DNA of 64,000 bases from Porticoccaceae bacterium (GTDB taxonomy: Bacteria > Pseudomonadota > Gammaproteobacteria > Pseudomonadales > Porticoccaceae). The translations under genes were made by a program, and so were the position numbers. Of the stretch, positions 49,692-58,255 are shown one piece after another; within the stretch, counting starts at the first letter, position 1; each line of letters starts with the position of its first letter. The DNA is taken from NCBI GenBank assembly GCA_038138645.1, contig JAYQEC010000003.1, positions 5,081-69,080 of the forward strand. Reading direction: 5' to 3'. The notes under the pieces are model-generated. The model had not been told where the DNA came from and did not search any database. It worked only from the letters and a program-made list of their open reading frames with translations.

Positions 49692-50312
49692 TTACTTCTC
49701 AGCCCTTAACTGCTGAAGCTGTTGCTGTGTTGGGTAACGCAAATTAATTTGAGCATCTAAAACAAAATTTAGCATATCCACCATAACTTTAAGGGTAAAT
49801 CCCCAAATTTTGTAGTCGTCATACATTACGTAGGGTAATTGAATTTTTCTTTCACTGAGTTCGAAATATTTATAGCCATCAGTATCCAGTAGCAACTTGA
49901 GAGGAAAATTAAATACGGCCGCTATCTCAGATGGATCGGATTGCAAATGATAAGGCGATGCTACCCATCCCATAAACGGCGCCACCCGTAACATACTTAA
50001 ACGAGGTGAATCACTGGGCAACATACCAAGTAACTCTATCTTATCGGAAGTAAGGCCAATTTCTTCTTCAGTTTCACGTAAGGCAGTTGCTAAAAGATTT
50101 TGATCGCAGGACTCTTTCATGCCCCCAGGGAAAGCCACTTCACCAGCATGATGATTAAGATGCTTAGCGCGCTCGGTTAAAATAATATGGGGATCCAATG
50201 GATCACCATGCAAAAGAAGCATCACCGCAGCTTTGGTGCAAGCATTTTCTAACTCGGAATCAATGGCCGAAGGCGTATAATGTTTTAATCGTTGTGAAAT
50301 AGTGGCTAACAT
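49692..50312 (-). CDS. nudL: CoA pyrophosphatase (Nudix, NudL-like)
   Basis: LTERAKHL..HAGEVAFPGG, ALRETEEEIGL, IWGFT. Confidence 0.88.
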   Translation of the reverse strand: MLATISQRLKHYTPSAIDSELENACTKAAVMLLLHGDPLDPHIILTERAKHLNHHAGEVAFPGGMKESCDQNLLATALRETEEEIGLTSDKIELLGMLPSDSPRLSMLRVAPFMGWVASPYHLQSDPSEIAAVFNFPLKLLLDTDGYKYFELSERKIQLPYVMYDDYKIWGFTLKVMVDMLNFVLDAQINLRYPTQQQLQQLRAEK

Positions 50313-50354
50313 ACAGTCATTATACGTTTATTTATAATAATTCTTGAGGGATTT

Positions 50355-50891
50355 ATGAAATACTGTTCAGAATGTGGCACCCCAGTTTCCCTGAAGATCC
50401 CAGAGGGAGATAACAGGCTGCGCTTTGTTTGCCCAAACTGCAAAACTGTGCATTATCAAAATCCATTAGTTATTGTAGGGGTATTACCAGAATATAAGCA
50501 GCAAATTCTGCTTTGCAAGCGCGCTATTGAGCCACAAAAAGATCGCTGGACACTGCCTGCCGGATTTATGGAAAATGACGAATCTACGCTTGAGGGCGCA
50601 TTGAGAGAATGCCAAGAAGAGGCGCATGCATCAGTTATTGAGCCTAAACTTTACGCACTTTATGATATTCCATATATCAATCAGGTCTATGTATTCTATC
50701 GCGCGCAACTCGCTAATTTGAACTTTGGCCCCAGCGCAGAATCTACTGAGGTGGCGTTGTTCAATGAGCAAGATATTCCATGGAATCAACTGGCTTTCCC
50801 AGTTGTCACTGCCGTGCTTAAGCGTTATTTAGATGATCGCAAAAAAGACCATTTTGAAGTCTTTAATGATGTGATTAAACGCAGAAAATAA
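50355..50891 (+). CDS. Nudix hydrolase with N-terminal zinc ribbon
   Basis: MKYCSECG, CPNC..VHYQNP, WTLPAGFME, RECQEE. Confidence 0.92.
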   Translation: MKYCSECGTPVSLKIPEGDNRLRFVCPNCKTVHYQNPLVIVGVLPEYKQQILLCKRAIEPQKDRWTLPAGFMENDESTLEGALRECQEEAHASVIEPKLYALYDIPYINQVYVFYRAQLANLNFGPSAESTEVALFNEQDIPWNQLAFPVVTAVLKRYLDDRKKDHFEVFNDVIKRRK

Positions 50892-50904
50892 TCTTAGTTA
50901 AAAC

Positions 50905-50938
50905 AAAACGCCCGCACTACAAAGCAGCGCGGGCGCTT
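50905..50938 (-). terminator. Terminator hairpin between convergent Nudix gene and ahpC
   Basis: CGCCCGC...GCGGGCG stem with U-tract on the minus strand. Confidence 0.65.
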
Positions 50939-50955
50939 GGCATCAGAATAACAAA

Positions 50956-51558
50956 TTAAAGCTTATCAGCGTTTTCTGATAGGTATGCGGCAACACCCTC
51001 TGGGGTATCTTTCATACCGCTATCACCTTTATTCCAACCTGCAGGACAGACTTCGCCATGCTCCTGATGGAAGGCAAGGGCATCAATCATACGCAGCATC
51101 TCATCAACATTTCGGCCTAGTGGCAAATCGTTGACTACCTGATGTCTAACCAAACCCTCTTCATCAATTAAGAAAGAACCACGGAATGCAACGCCATCAG
51201 CATGCTCAACATCATAAGCTTGGCAAATTTCATGCTTAACATCAGCAACCAGTGGGTATTTAACTGCACCAATACCACCATCATTAACGTCAGTATTACG
51301 CCATGCATTGTGAGAAAATTGTGAATCAATCGAAACACCAATGACTTCTACACCGCGGTCAACGAAATCTTGATAACGGTGATCGAAAGCAATCAGCTCA
51401 GATGGGCATACAAAAGTAAAATCGAGAGGGTAAAAGAAAATAACAGCTTTTTTGCCCTTAATTGTTTCTGCAAGATTAAAGTTGTCGATAATCTCACCAC
51501 TGCCGGTTACTGCAGCAGCCGTAAAATCTGGTGCTGGCTTACCTACTAATACAGCCAT
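50956..51558 (-). CDS. ahpC: 2-Cys peroxiredoxin (AhpC/TsaA)
   Basis: FYPLDFTFVCPSE, GEVCPAGW. Confidence 0.96.
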   Translation of the reverse strand: MAVLVGKPAPDFTAAAVTGSGEIIDNFNLAETIKGKKAVIFFYPLDFTFVCPSELIAFDHRYQDFVDRGVEVIGVSIDSQFSHNAWRNTDVNDGGIGAVKYPLVADVKHEICQAYDVEHADGVAFRGSFLIDEEGLVRHQVVNDLPLGRNVDEMLRMIDALAFHQEHGEVCPAGWNKGDSGMKDTPEGVAAYLSENADKL

Positions 51559-51609
51559 ATTGGTTACTCCTAATAAAAAAGTGACTTGTTTAAAAAATGT
51601 AATCTAGAG

Positions 51610-51652
51610 AGGATAGTTTCACATTGGCAAACTTTCAACCAATTGAAAGTTT
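51610..51652 (-). promoter_or_regulatory. ahpC promoter with overlapping inverted repeat (candidate OxyR/LysR-type site)
   Basis: Minus strand TTGAAA-N17-TATCCT; AAACTTTCAA-CCAA-TTGAAAGTTT at 51629-52. Confidence 0.5.
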
Positions 51653-51726
51653 TTATTGTGTTTATAGCAATATCCGCAAGATTTAATATTTACAATATTA
51701 ACAGCATTTCAACCGTCTTTTGGCGC

Positions 51727-51757
51727 AAAAAAAGGGGCGACTAAGTCACCCCTTTTT
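51727..51757 (-). terminator. Intrinsic terminator after the TonB receptor gene
   Basis: Minus strand AAAAAGGGGTGAC-TTA-GTCGCCCCTTTTTTT. Confidence 0.85.
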
Positions 51758-51773
51758 CTACCACTAGCAACCC

Positions 51774-53885
51774 TTAAAAAGTTTTGCTAAGTGATAGTCT
51801 AGCATTTCTAGATTCACCCACAGCCACCTGATGGGTGCTGTGTGAATGCGGGAAGTAAACTTCGTCTGATAAGTTTTCCACATTTAATTGAAGTTTAAGA
51901 TCGTCTGCAATGCTGTAGTAAACCGCTGCATCAACTCTGGTATAAGCCGGAAGCAGTAAATTAGGATTGTCGTCTTTAATAGCCGATTCGCCCTGATGCA
52001 TTACACCCAACGCCCACCCAAAGTTAGGATTAACATCATAGGTTGTCCAGATCGAATAAGTGGACTCAGGGATTTCTCTTGGCTGCCCACCATTGGCAGT
52101 CTCCCCATCAATATTGCTGTAGCTAAATGCAACATTAAGATTGTCATTAACTCGGCCCTTGAGCTCAAGTTCAAAACCTTCGACATAAAGACCTCTCTCA
52201 GTAATATAATCTGAGCTGGTACCATCGTATCCTGCAATTTCTGACTCACTTTCAAAATAAGCTGACGTTAGACTTAGATACTTGTTTAGATCTAATTTAA
52301 TGCCTAGCTCTGAGGTTTCATAATAATCTGGCTTAAGTGTCTCACCCGAACCAGGAGCTCCACCCGTTAGCTTCTTATACTGCTCACCTGATCGTGGCGC
52401 AAAGCTTTCACTGTAACTGTAGTAAACAGAAAGATTGTTTTGCGGCTTGTAAATTAGGCCAAATCTTGGTGAAAACTCAGTATCCACTCGTGCTGCAGAG
52501 GAATCATTTTTAATATCATCAACTTTAATATCAAATTTATCGTAACGACCACCCAGCAATACAATTAGGTTATCAGTAACATCAATTTGGTCTTGAAAAT
52601 AGAAAGAGCTTACCGTTATATCTGTCTCGGTACTCGATTTGAGCGCCTTGTCACATGATGAGCCCGTATATTCAACAGCAGTAGCAATGCCATTTGCATT
52701 AATAGCGAAATCCATTGGGTTTGCTACATTAAATGATTCTCTATCGTCATTGCTTGCACCACAGACATTTGTAGTCCAATAAGTATCGTATCGCAGGTTA
52801 CTGTTATCTGTTTTAACTGACTCAAAACCAGTAAGAATAGTATGAGTCATATTTCCAACACTGAGCTCATTAACCAAGTTTGCCGATAGAATTAAATTAT
52901 CTCTTTCAGTGGGATCATGATAGCCATCCATGGTTACAATATTTGAGTCAAGGTCATAGCTATTGGCATATGTATTTTGATACATTTTTTCAAAGCTACT
53001 CGAGGTTAAAGATAGCGTTCCCTTGGTAGACTCAGAAAATCTTCGACTCAGCGATGCCCGCAGCACAGAGGCCTCAAGGGTACTAAGATTTTCATCCTTA
53101 TCACCGAATACAATTTCGCTTAGGGCTTTAACCGGCTCGCCATTGGCAGTAGGAATACCGCGATCGATAAATCGTTCATGATCCATATATTCGTAGGACA
53201 GATCTAAATCCGTATCTGCATCTAGCGCAATGCTTACTGTAGGGTTGATGCCAAAACGGTTACCGTTATAAAAATCTCTATGATTTTCAAGCGAGTCATT
53301 ATGGACATTTAAGCGAAAGGCTACTGACTCACTTAGATTGGTATTTATATCTGCAGCTAGATCAGAAGCACCAAAGGAATCCATGCCAATATCAACGGTT
53401 TTGAAATCTTGGCCATTAACTGCTTTTTTGGACACTCTATTGATAATGCCACCGGTACCACCGCGACCAAACAATAACGCATTGGGTCCTCTAAGAACCT
53501 CTACTTGCTCAACGTTGTATAAAGGGCGATAGTATTGGACGTCGTCTCTTACACCATCTTGATAAAAGTCTGCCGTTGATCTAACTCCGCGAAAAACAAC
53601 CGCGTCTCGATGACCCTCGCCTAAAGAAGTATTAATACCAGGCGTATATCTGACAATATCACCAATTTCTTTGAAGCCTTTTTTTCGAACATCCTCGTCA
53701 GTAACAATTGAAAGAGATTGAGGCACATCAATAATAGGCGTCGGAATTTTAAGCGCGTTCATTTGATCGCTTTGCAATACTCTACCTTTGACTAAGATTT
53801 CCTCAAAATTACTTTCAGCTACAACAACGCCTGAAATAAGGGATGCACACAGAACCGTGACATCTAACAGTCTGACTTTTTTCAT
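51774..53885 (-). CDS. TonB-dependent siderophore/iron receptor (Fiu/PiuA-like)
   Basis: TonB-box-like EEILVKG, DVPQSLSIV, NVEQVEVLRGPNALLFGRGGTGG, C-terminal Phe; upstream Fur box. Confidence 0.9.
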   Translation of the reverse strand: MKKVRLLDVTVLCASLISGVVVAESNFEEILVKGRVLQSDQMNALKIPTPIIDVPQSLSIVTDEDVRKKGFKEIGDIVRYTPGINTSLGEGHRDAVVFRGVRSTADFYQDGVRDDVQYYRPLYNVEQVEVLRGPNALLFGRGGTGGIINRVSKKAVNGQDFKTVDIGMDSFGASDLAADINTNLSESVAFRLNVHNDSLENHRDFYNGNRFGINPTVSIALDADTDLDLSYEYMDHERFIDRGIPTANGEPVKALSEIVFGDKDENLSTLEASVLRASLSRRFSESTKGTLSLTSSSFEKMYQNTYANSYDLDSNIVTMDGYHDPTERDNLILSANLVNELSVGNMTHTILTGFESVKTDNSNLRYDTYWTTNVCGASNDDRESFNVANPMDFAINANGIATAVEYTGSSCDKALKSSTETDITVSSFYFQDQIDVTDNLIVLLGGRYDKFDIKVDDIKNDSSAARVDTEFSPRFGLIYKPQNNLSVYYSYSESFAPRSGEQYKKLTGGAPGSGETLKPDYYETSELGIKLDLNKYLSLTSAYFESESEIAGYDGTSSDYITERGLYVEGFELELKGRVNDNLNVAFSYSNIDGETANGGQPREIPESTYSIWTTYDVNPNFGWALGVMHQGESAIKDDNPNLLLPAYTRVDAAVYYSIADDLKLQLNVENLSDEVYFPHSHSTHQVAVGESRNARLSLSKTF

Positions 53886-53929
53886 AAATTATCTCGTGGT
53901 TAAAAACATGATTAGGATTTAACGCTAAT

Positions 53930-53948
53930 GGTAATGATTATCATTTAT
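53930..53948. promoter_or_regulatory. Fur box upstream of the TonB receptor
   Basis: GGTAATGATTATCATTTAT with perfect core AATGAT-T-ATCATT. Confidence 0.8.
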
Positions 53949-54049
53949 ATTTGCAACAATTATTTAACTTTAATTATAATTTTTTACCTTTTACACCAAA
54001 CCAAAAGCCAAAATACTCAGTAACTAAAGGCAGTTGATTAGATTATTTA

Positions 54050-54068
54050 AATGATAACCATTTGCATT
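54050..54068. promoter_or_regulatory. Second Fur box upstream of FTR1
   Basis: AATGATAACCATTTGCATT. Confidence 0.65.
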
Positions 54069-54164
54069 TAGGTGATTTTTTCTTATAATGTAATCCTATT
54101 AATGCTGTCTATACTGACTTCAAATAACACTTTTACCCTAGTAAAAATATAGAGCAAACAAACT

Positions 54165-55076
54165 ATGAATGAATTTATTATTATGTTCCGCGAAGGTCTT
54201 GAAGCCTCCCTAATTGTTGGAATCATCTATACCCTTCTTATAAAGCAGGGACTAACTAGGGAGATTCAACAACTTTGGCTTGGCGTTGCAAGCGCAATTG
54301 TGGCTAGCATAATTACTGGTTTCGCTCTGGTTCAGGTAAAAAGCTCCATAGGTAATGCTTCCATTGAGGCGTTATTTGAGGGAGTCGCCATGATCGCTAC
54401 CGCCGGTTTAATCTGGTATGTGATTTTTTGGCTTTCAAAACAAGTTGGTGCTACGGCTGCACTAAAAGATGAGGCTAATCAAGCAGTCGAGAGTGCTGGC
54501 TGGGGAATCTTTTTAATTATTTTCTTCGCAATTTTTAGAGAAGGCTTTGAAACGGCTATTTTCTTGATGGGAAGCTTCTCGATGACTGAGTCATTCTCGT
54601 ATACCGGCTTTACCGTTGGATTGTTACTAGCAATTGCCATTGGCTATGCCATAGTGATTCAAGGCAAGAAAATACAACTTAAGTCATTCTTCAGAGCCAC
54701 AAGCCTTTTGTTAGTGGTTTTTGCTTCAGGCATGATGACCTATGGCACGCATGAAATTGAAGAATTCTTAGTGAAAGGCGATCATTTGCAGGTAGTTGGC
54801 TTAGAATCCAAGCAAGATATTGCTCGCCCTTACAGCATCCTAAAACCTAAAACTGAATTAGGCGAATCAGATAATCCTGCTTTTTATTCTTACAACATTA
54901 ACGGCAAAGAGAAGTACACCCATCTATTGCATGACAAGGGTCATATCGGTGTATTTTTGAAGGGGTTTGTCGGCTATAACAGCAACCCCAACTGGATCGA
55001 GTTATTTGTGTGGATACTCTCATTGGCATTTGGTTTGCGATTATGGCGTAAGTTTTATTTTACAAAACCAGCTTAA
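54165..55076 (+). CDS. FTR1/EfeU family iron permease
   Basis: REGLE and REGFE motifs; multiple TM helices. Confidence 0.92.
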   Translation: MNEFIIMFREGLEASLIVGIIYTLLIKQGLTREIQQLWLGVASAIVASIITGFALVQVKSSIGNASIEALFEGVAMIATAGLIWYVIFWLSKQVGATAALKDEANQAVESAGWGIFLIIFFAIFREGFETAIFLMGSFSMTESFSYTGFTVGLLLAIAIGYAIVIQGKKIQLKSFFRATSLLLVVFASGMMTYGTHEIEEFLVKGDHLQVVGLESKQDIARPYSILKPKTELGESDNPAFYSYNINGKEKYTHLLHDKGHIGVFLKGFVGYNSNPNWIELFVWILSLAFGLRLWRKFYFTKPA

Positions 55077-55090
55077 AATCTATAAATAAT

Positions 55091-55130
55091 AAAAAAACGC
55101 TCGATGGTTTAGATCATCGAGCGTTTTTTT
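55091..55130. terminator. Bidirectional intrinsic terminator (FTR1/grxD)
   Basis: AAAAAAACGCTCGATG-GTTTAGAT-CATCGAGCGTTTTTTT. Confidence 0.9.
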
Positions 55131-55156
55131 ATAGTTTCTTAATATCTGCTGACTGT

Positions 55157-55477
55157 CTATTCTTCGCCAACATTTTCATCAATTAATGTCTTTAACTCAC
55201 CTTTTTCATGCATCTCGGTCACAATATCACAGCCGCCAATAAGTTCGCCGGCTACCCATAACTGAGGGAAAGTTGGCCAGTTACCATATTTTGGCAGGTT
55301 TGCTCTAATTTCTGGGTTTGATAGCACATCAACGAAGGCAAAGCGTTGACCGCAGGCCATTAATGCCTGAACTGTGCGCGCTGAAAAACCACACTGTGGC
55401 TGATTAGGTGACCCTTTCATGTAGAGTAAAACTGAGTTGTTTTCTACTTGATCACGTATTGTTTCCATAATATCCAT
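55157..55477 (-). CDS. grxD: Monothiol glutaredoxin Grx4
   Basis: PQCGFS, WPTFPQL, GGCD. Confidence 0.97.
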   Translation of the reverse strand: MDIMETIRDQVENNSVLLYMKGSPNQPQCGFSARTVQALMACGQRFAFVDVLSNPEIRANLPKYGNWPTFPQLWVAGELIGGCDIVTEMHEKGELKTLIDENVGEE

Positions 55478-55563
55478 TAAAAAAGCCCTGTATTGATTGC
55501 TGTTAGGTTTATTTTACCCTTTTTAGCCTTATAGCTAAAGGAAGATACGCTAAATGCGCTATA

Positions 55564-55627
55564 TTGCGATGAATGTTAAATATTCCTATAATTGATGGCG
55601 GTTAAGGGCAGCAACGCTGCCCTTTTT
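55564..55627 (+). promoter_or_regulatory. argD promoter followed by a terminator-like leader hairpin
   Basis: TTGCGA-N17-TATAAT (55564-92); AAGGGCAGC-AAC-GCTGCCCTT plus U-tract (55604-27). Confidence 0.6.
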
Positions 55628-55661
55628 ACGTTTTTTTAAAAAACAATGAATGTGAGTGATT

Positions 55662-56834
55662 ATGGGCGATAAAGCCTTAATGAATACCTACGGCGAAAAG
55701 GCCATGACTTTAGTCAGTGGTGAAGGTGCTTGGCTGTATGATGAAAAAGGTAATAAATACCTAGATGCACTCTCTGGTATTGCCGTTTGTGGGCTAGGTC
55801 ATTCACACCCTGAAATCAGTAAAGTTATTGCTAATCAGGCATCTGAATTAATTCATTGTTCTAATTTTTTTGCGATTCCAAGCCAGCAGCAACTCGCTGA
55901 AAAGCTGTGCGATATTTCGGGTATGACCAATGTATTTTTTGGTAACTCTGGAGCGGAAGCTAATGAGGCAGCAATAAAAATAGCGCGATTACATGGTAAT
56001 AAGAAAGGTATTAAATTACCCACAATATTGGTTATGGACAATGCCTTTCACGGCAGAACCTTGGCGACATTGACTGCCTCGGGTAGTAGAAAAATACAAG
56101 CAGGATTTGAACCGCTGGTAAGGGGCTTTGCTCGTGGGCCATTCAATGATATCGAAGCATTGAGAACTATTGCTGATAACAACCCTGATATCTGTGCTAT
56201 TTTTGTTGAGCCTATTCAGGGTGAAGGCGGTATCAATTTGGCGGATGCAAAGTACTTTCAACAGTTAAGAGATTTATGTGATGAACTTGACTGGCTGCTA
56301 ATGTTTGATGAGGTTCAAACTGGTAATGGAAGAACAGGTAGGTTCTTTTACCATCAATATAGTGGTGTTCAACCCGATGTGGTAACCACGGCTAAGGGTC
56401 TGGGCAACGGCATGCCTATTGGCGCCTGTCTGGCTCATGGTGAGGCAGCTACATTGATGCAACCGGGCAATCATGGCTCAACCTTTGGCGGCAATCCTTT
56501 AGCTAGCGCTGTTGCACTTAAGGTAGTGGAACTTATTGAGTCTGGAGATATTTACCAAAGAGCGGTCAAAGTGGGTAATATTATTATGCAAGGATTGACC
56601 GATGCACTCGAAGGCGTTGAGCATGTTAAAGATATTAGAGGCTGCGGCTGTATGATTGGGATTGAATTAAATCAACCCTGTAAATCTTTATACACTGAAG
56701 CTTTGAAGCATGGTTTGGTGATCAATGTCACCGCTGACTCGGTTATCAGACTATTACCACCAATGATTATGACGGACCAAGAAGCTCAACAGGTTGTAAG
56801 CATTCTGGCTCCCCTAATTAAAGACTTCCAATAG
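55662..56834 (+). CDS. argD: Acetylornithine aminotransferase
   Basis: [35 protein letters not shown]; upstream of argF; start is 55662 or GTG 55656. Confidence 0.93.
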   Translation: MGDKALMNTYGEKAMTLVSGEGAWLYDEKGNKYLDALSGIAVCGLGHSHPEISKVIANQASELIHCSNFFAIPSQQQLAEKLCDISGMTNVFFGNSGAEANEAAIKIARLHGNKKGIKLPTILVMDNAFHGRTLATLTASGSRKIQAGFEPLVRGFARGPFNDIEALRTIADNNPDICAIFVEPIQGEGGINLADAKYFQQLRDLCDELDWLLMFDEVQTGNGRTGRFFYHQYSGVQPDVVTTAKGLGNGMPIGACLAHGEAATLMQPGNHGSTFGGNPLASAVALKVVELIESGDIYQRAVKVGNIIMQGLTDALEGVEHVKDIRGCGCMIGIELNQPCKSLYTEALKHGLVINVTADSVIRLLPPMIMTDQEAQQVVSILAPLIKDFQ

Positions 56835-56845
56835 GCGTCACGCAC

Positions 56846-57754
56846 ATGGCTGTTAGACATTTTCTTACCCTACATGACCTTACACCTGCTGAGCTAAATC
56901 AGGTAATTGATTCTGCGATTGCGTTAAAAAAAGCACATCGTGAAAACACACAACAACCTGTATTAGCACAGAAGGTCTTGGCGATGATTTTTGAAAAATC
57001 ATCCACCCGAACCCGAGTTTCCTTTGAAGCGGGTATGGCACAGTTAGGTGGAAGTGCCCTTTTCCTTTCACCAACAGATACTCAGTTGGGTCGTGGCGAG
57101 CCGATTGAAGATTCTGCGCGAGTAATCTCCAGAATGACCGACATTATTATGATCAGAACCTTTGGTCATGACAAAATTGAAACATTTGCTAAGCATTCTA
57201 GCGTACCAGTTATCAACGCCCTAACCGACAGCTTTCATCCCTGTCAGTTACTGGCCGATGTGCAAACTTATGTTGAGCATCGCGGATCTATTCAGGGTAA
57301 GACTGTCGCCTGGGTCGGAGATGGCAATAATATGTGTCATTCTTGGATCAATGCGGCTATGCAATTTGATTTTAAATTGCGCATTGCCTGCCCTGAAGGC
57401 TATGAACCAGATGCGGCTATTTTGGCGAGCGCGGGCGAGCGCGTTGTTTTAACTCATAATCCAGCAGAGGCAGTGACTGATGCAGATCTTGTCACTACAG
57501 ATGTATTTGCCTCGATGGGACAAGAAGCCGAGCAGGCTACTAGGCTAAAGCATTTTGATGGTTTTCAGGTTAATCATGCACTCATGGCCAAAGCTGCAGA
57601 TAAGGCACTCTTTATGCATTGCTTGCCTGCACACCGAGGTGAAGAAGTTTCAGCTGAATTACTAGAAGATACGTCTATTTCTGTGGTTTGGGATGAAGCA
57701 GAAAATCGTCTGCATGCACAAAAGGCACTGATGCTTTTCTTGCTAAATCAGTAA
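56846..57754 (+). CDS. argF: Ornithine carbamoyltransferase
   Basis: SSTRT, HPCQ, SMG, HCLP. Confidence 0.97.
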   Translation: MAVRHFLTLHDLTPAELNQVIDSAIALKKAHRENTQQPVLAQKVLAMIFEKSSTRTRVSFEAGMAQLGGSALFLSPTDTQLGRGEPIEDSARVISRMTDIIMIRTFGHDKIETFAKHSSVPVINALTDSFHPCQLLADVQTYVEHRGSIQGKTVAWVGDGNNMCHSWINAAMQFDFKLRIACPEGYEPDAAILASAGERVVLTHNPAEAVTDADLVTTDVFASMGQEAEQATRLKHFDGFQVNHALMAKAADKALFMHCLPAHRGEEVSAELLEDTSISVVWDEAENRLHAQKALMLFLLNQ

Positions 57755-57775
57755 TATTTTAAAGCTATTACTGAT

Positions 57776-58255
57776 TTAGCCTTTGTAGGACACATCGTCA
57801 ATTTCATACTCTACTTCACCGCCGGGAGTATGAACATTAACAACATCACCAACCTCTTTGCTGATTAATGCGCGAGCAATGGGTGATTGATAGGAAATTT
57901 TTCCAGCATTTACGTCAGCTTCGTCATCACCAACAATACGATAGCTTAATTCTTCATCGGTTTCGGTGTTGATGATTGTCACTGTGGAACCGAAGATAAC
58001 CCTATCAGATTCTGGCATTTGGGAAATATCTACTACCTGGCAAAGTGAGAGTTTGGACTCGATATCTTGAATACGACCTTCGATAAAGCCCTGCTGTTCT
58101 CTGGCAGCATGATATTCAGCATTCTCTTTTAAATCACCATGCTCACGCGCTTCTGCAATCGCCTGAATAACCGCTGGGCGATCTTCTTTCTTGAGCTTTT
58201 CAAGCTCAATACGAAGTGCCGCTTCACCCTCAACTGTCATGGGTATTTTTTGCAT
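57776..58255 (-). CDS. greA: Transcription elongation factor GreA
   Basis: [23 protein letters not shown]. Confidence 0.97.
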   Translation of the reverse strand: MQKIPMTVEGEAALRIELEKLKKEDRPAVIQAIAEAREHGDLKENAEYHAAREQQGFIEGRIQDIESKLSLCQVVDISQMPESDRVIFGSTVTIINTETDEELSYRIVGDDEADVNAGKISYQSPIARALISKEVGDVVNVHTPGGEVEYEIDDVSYKG

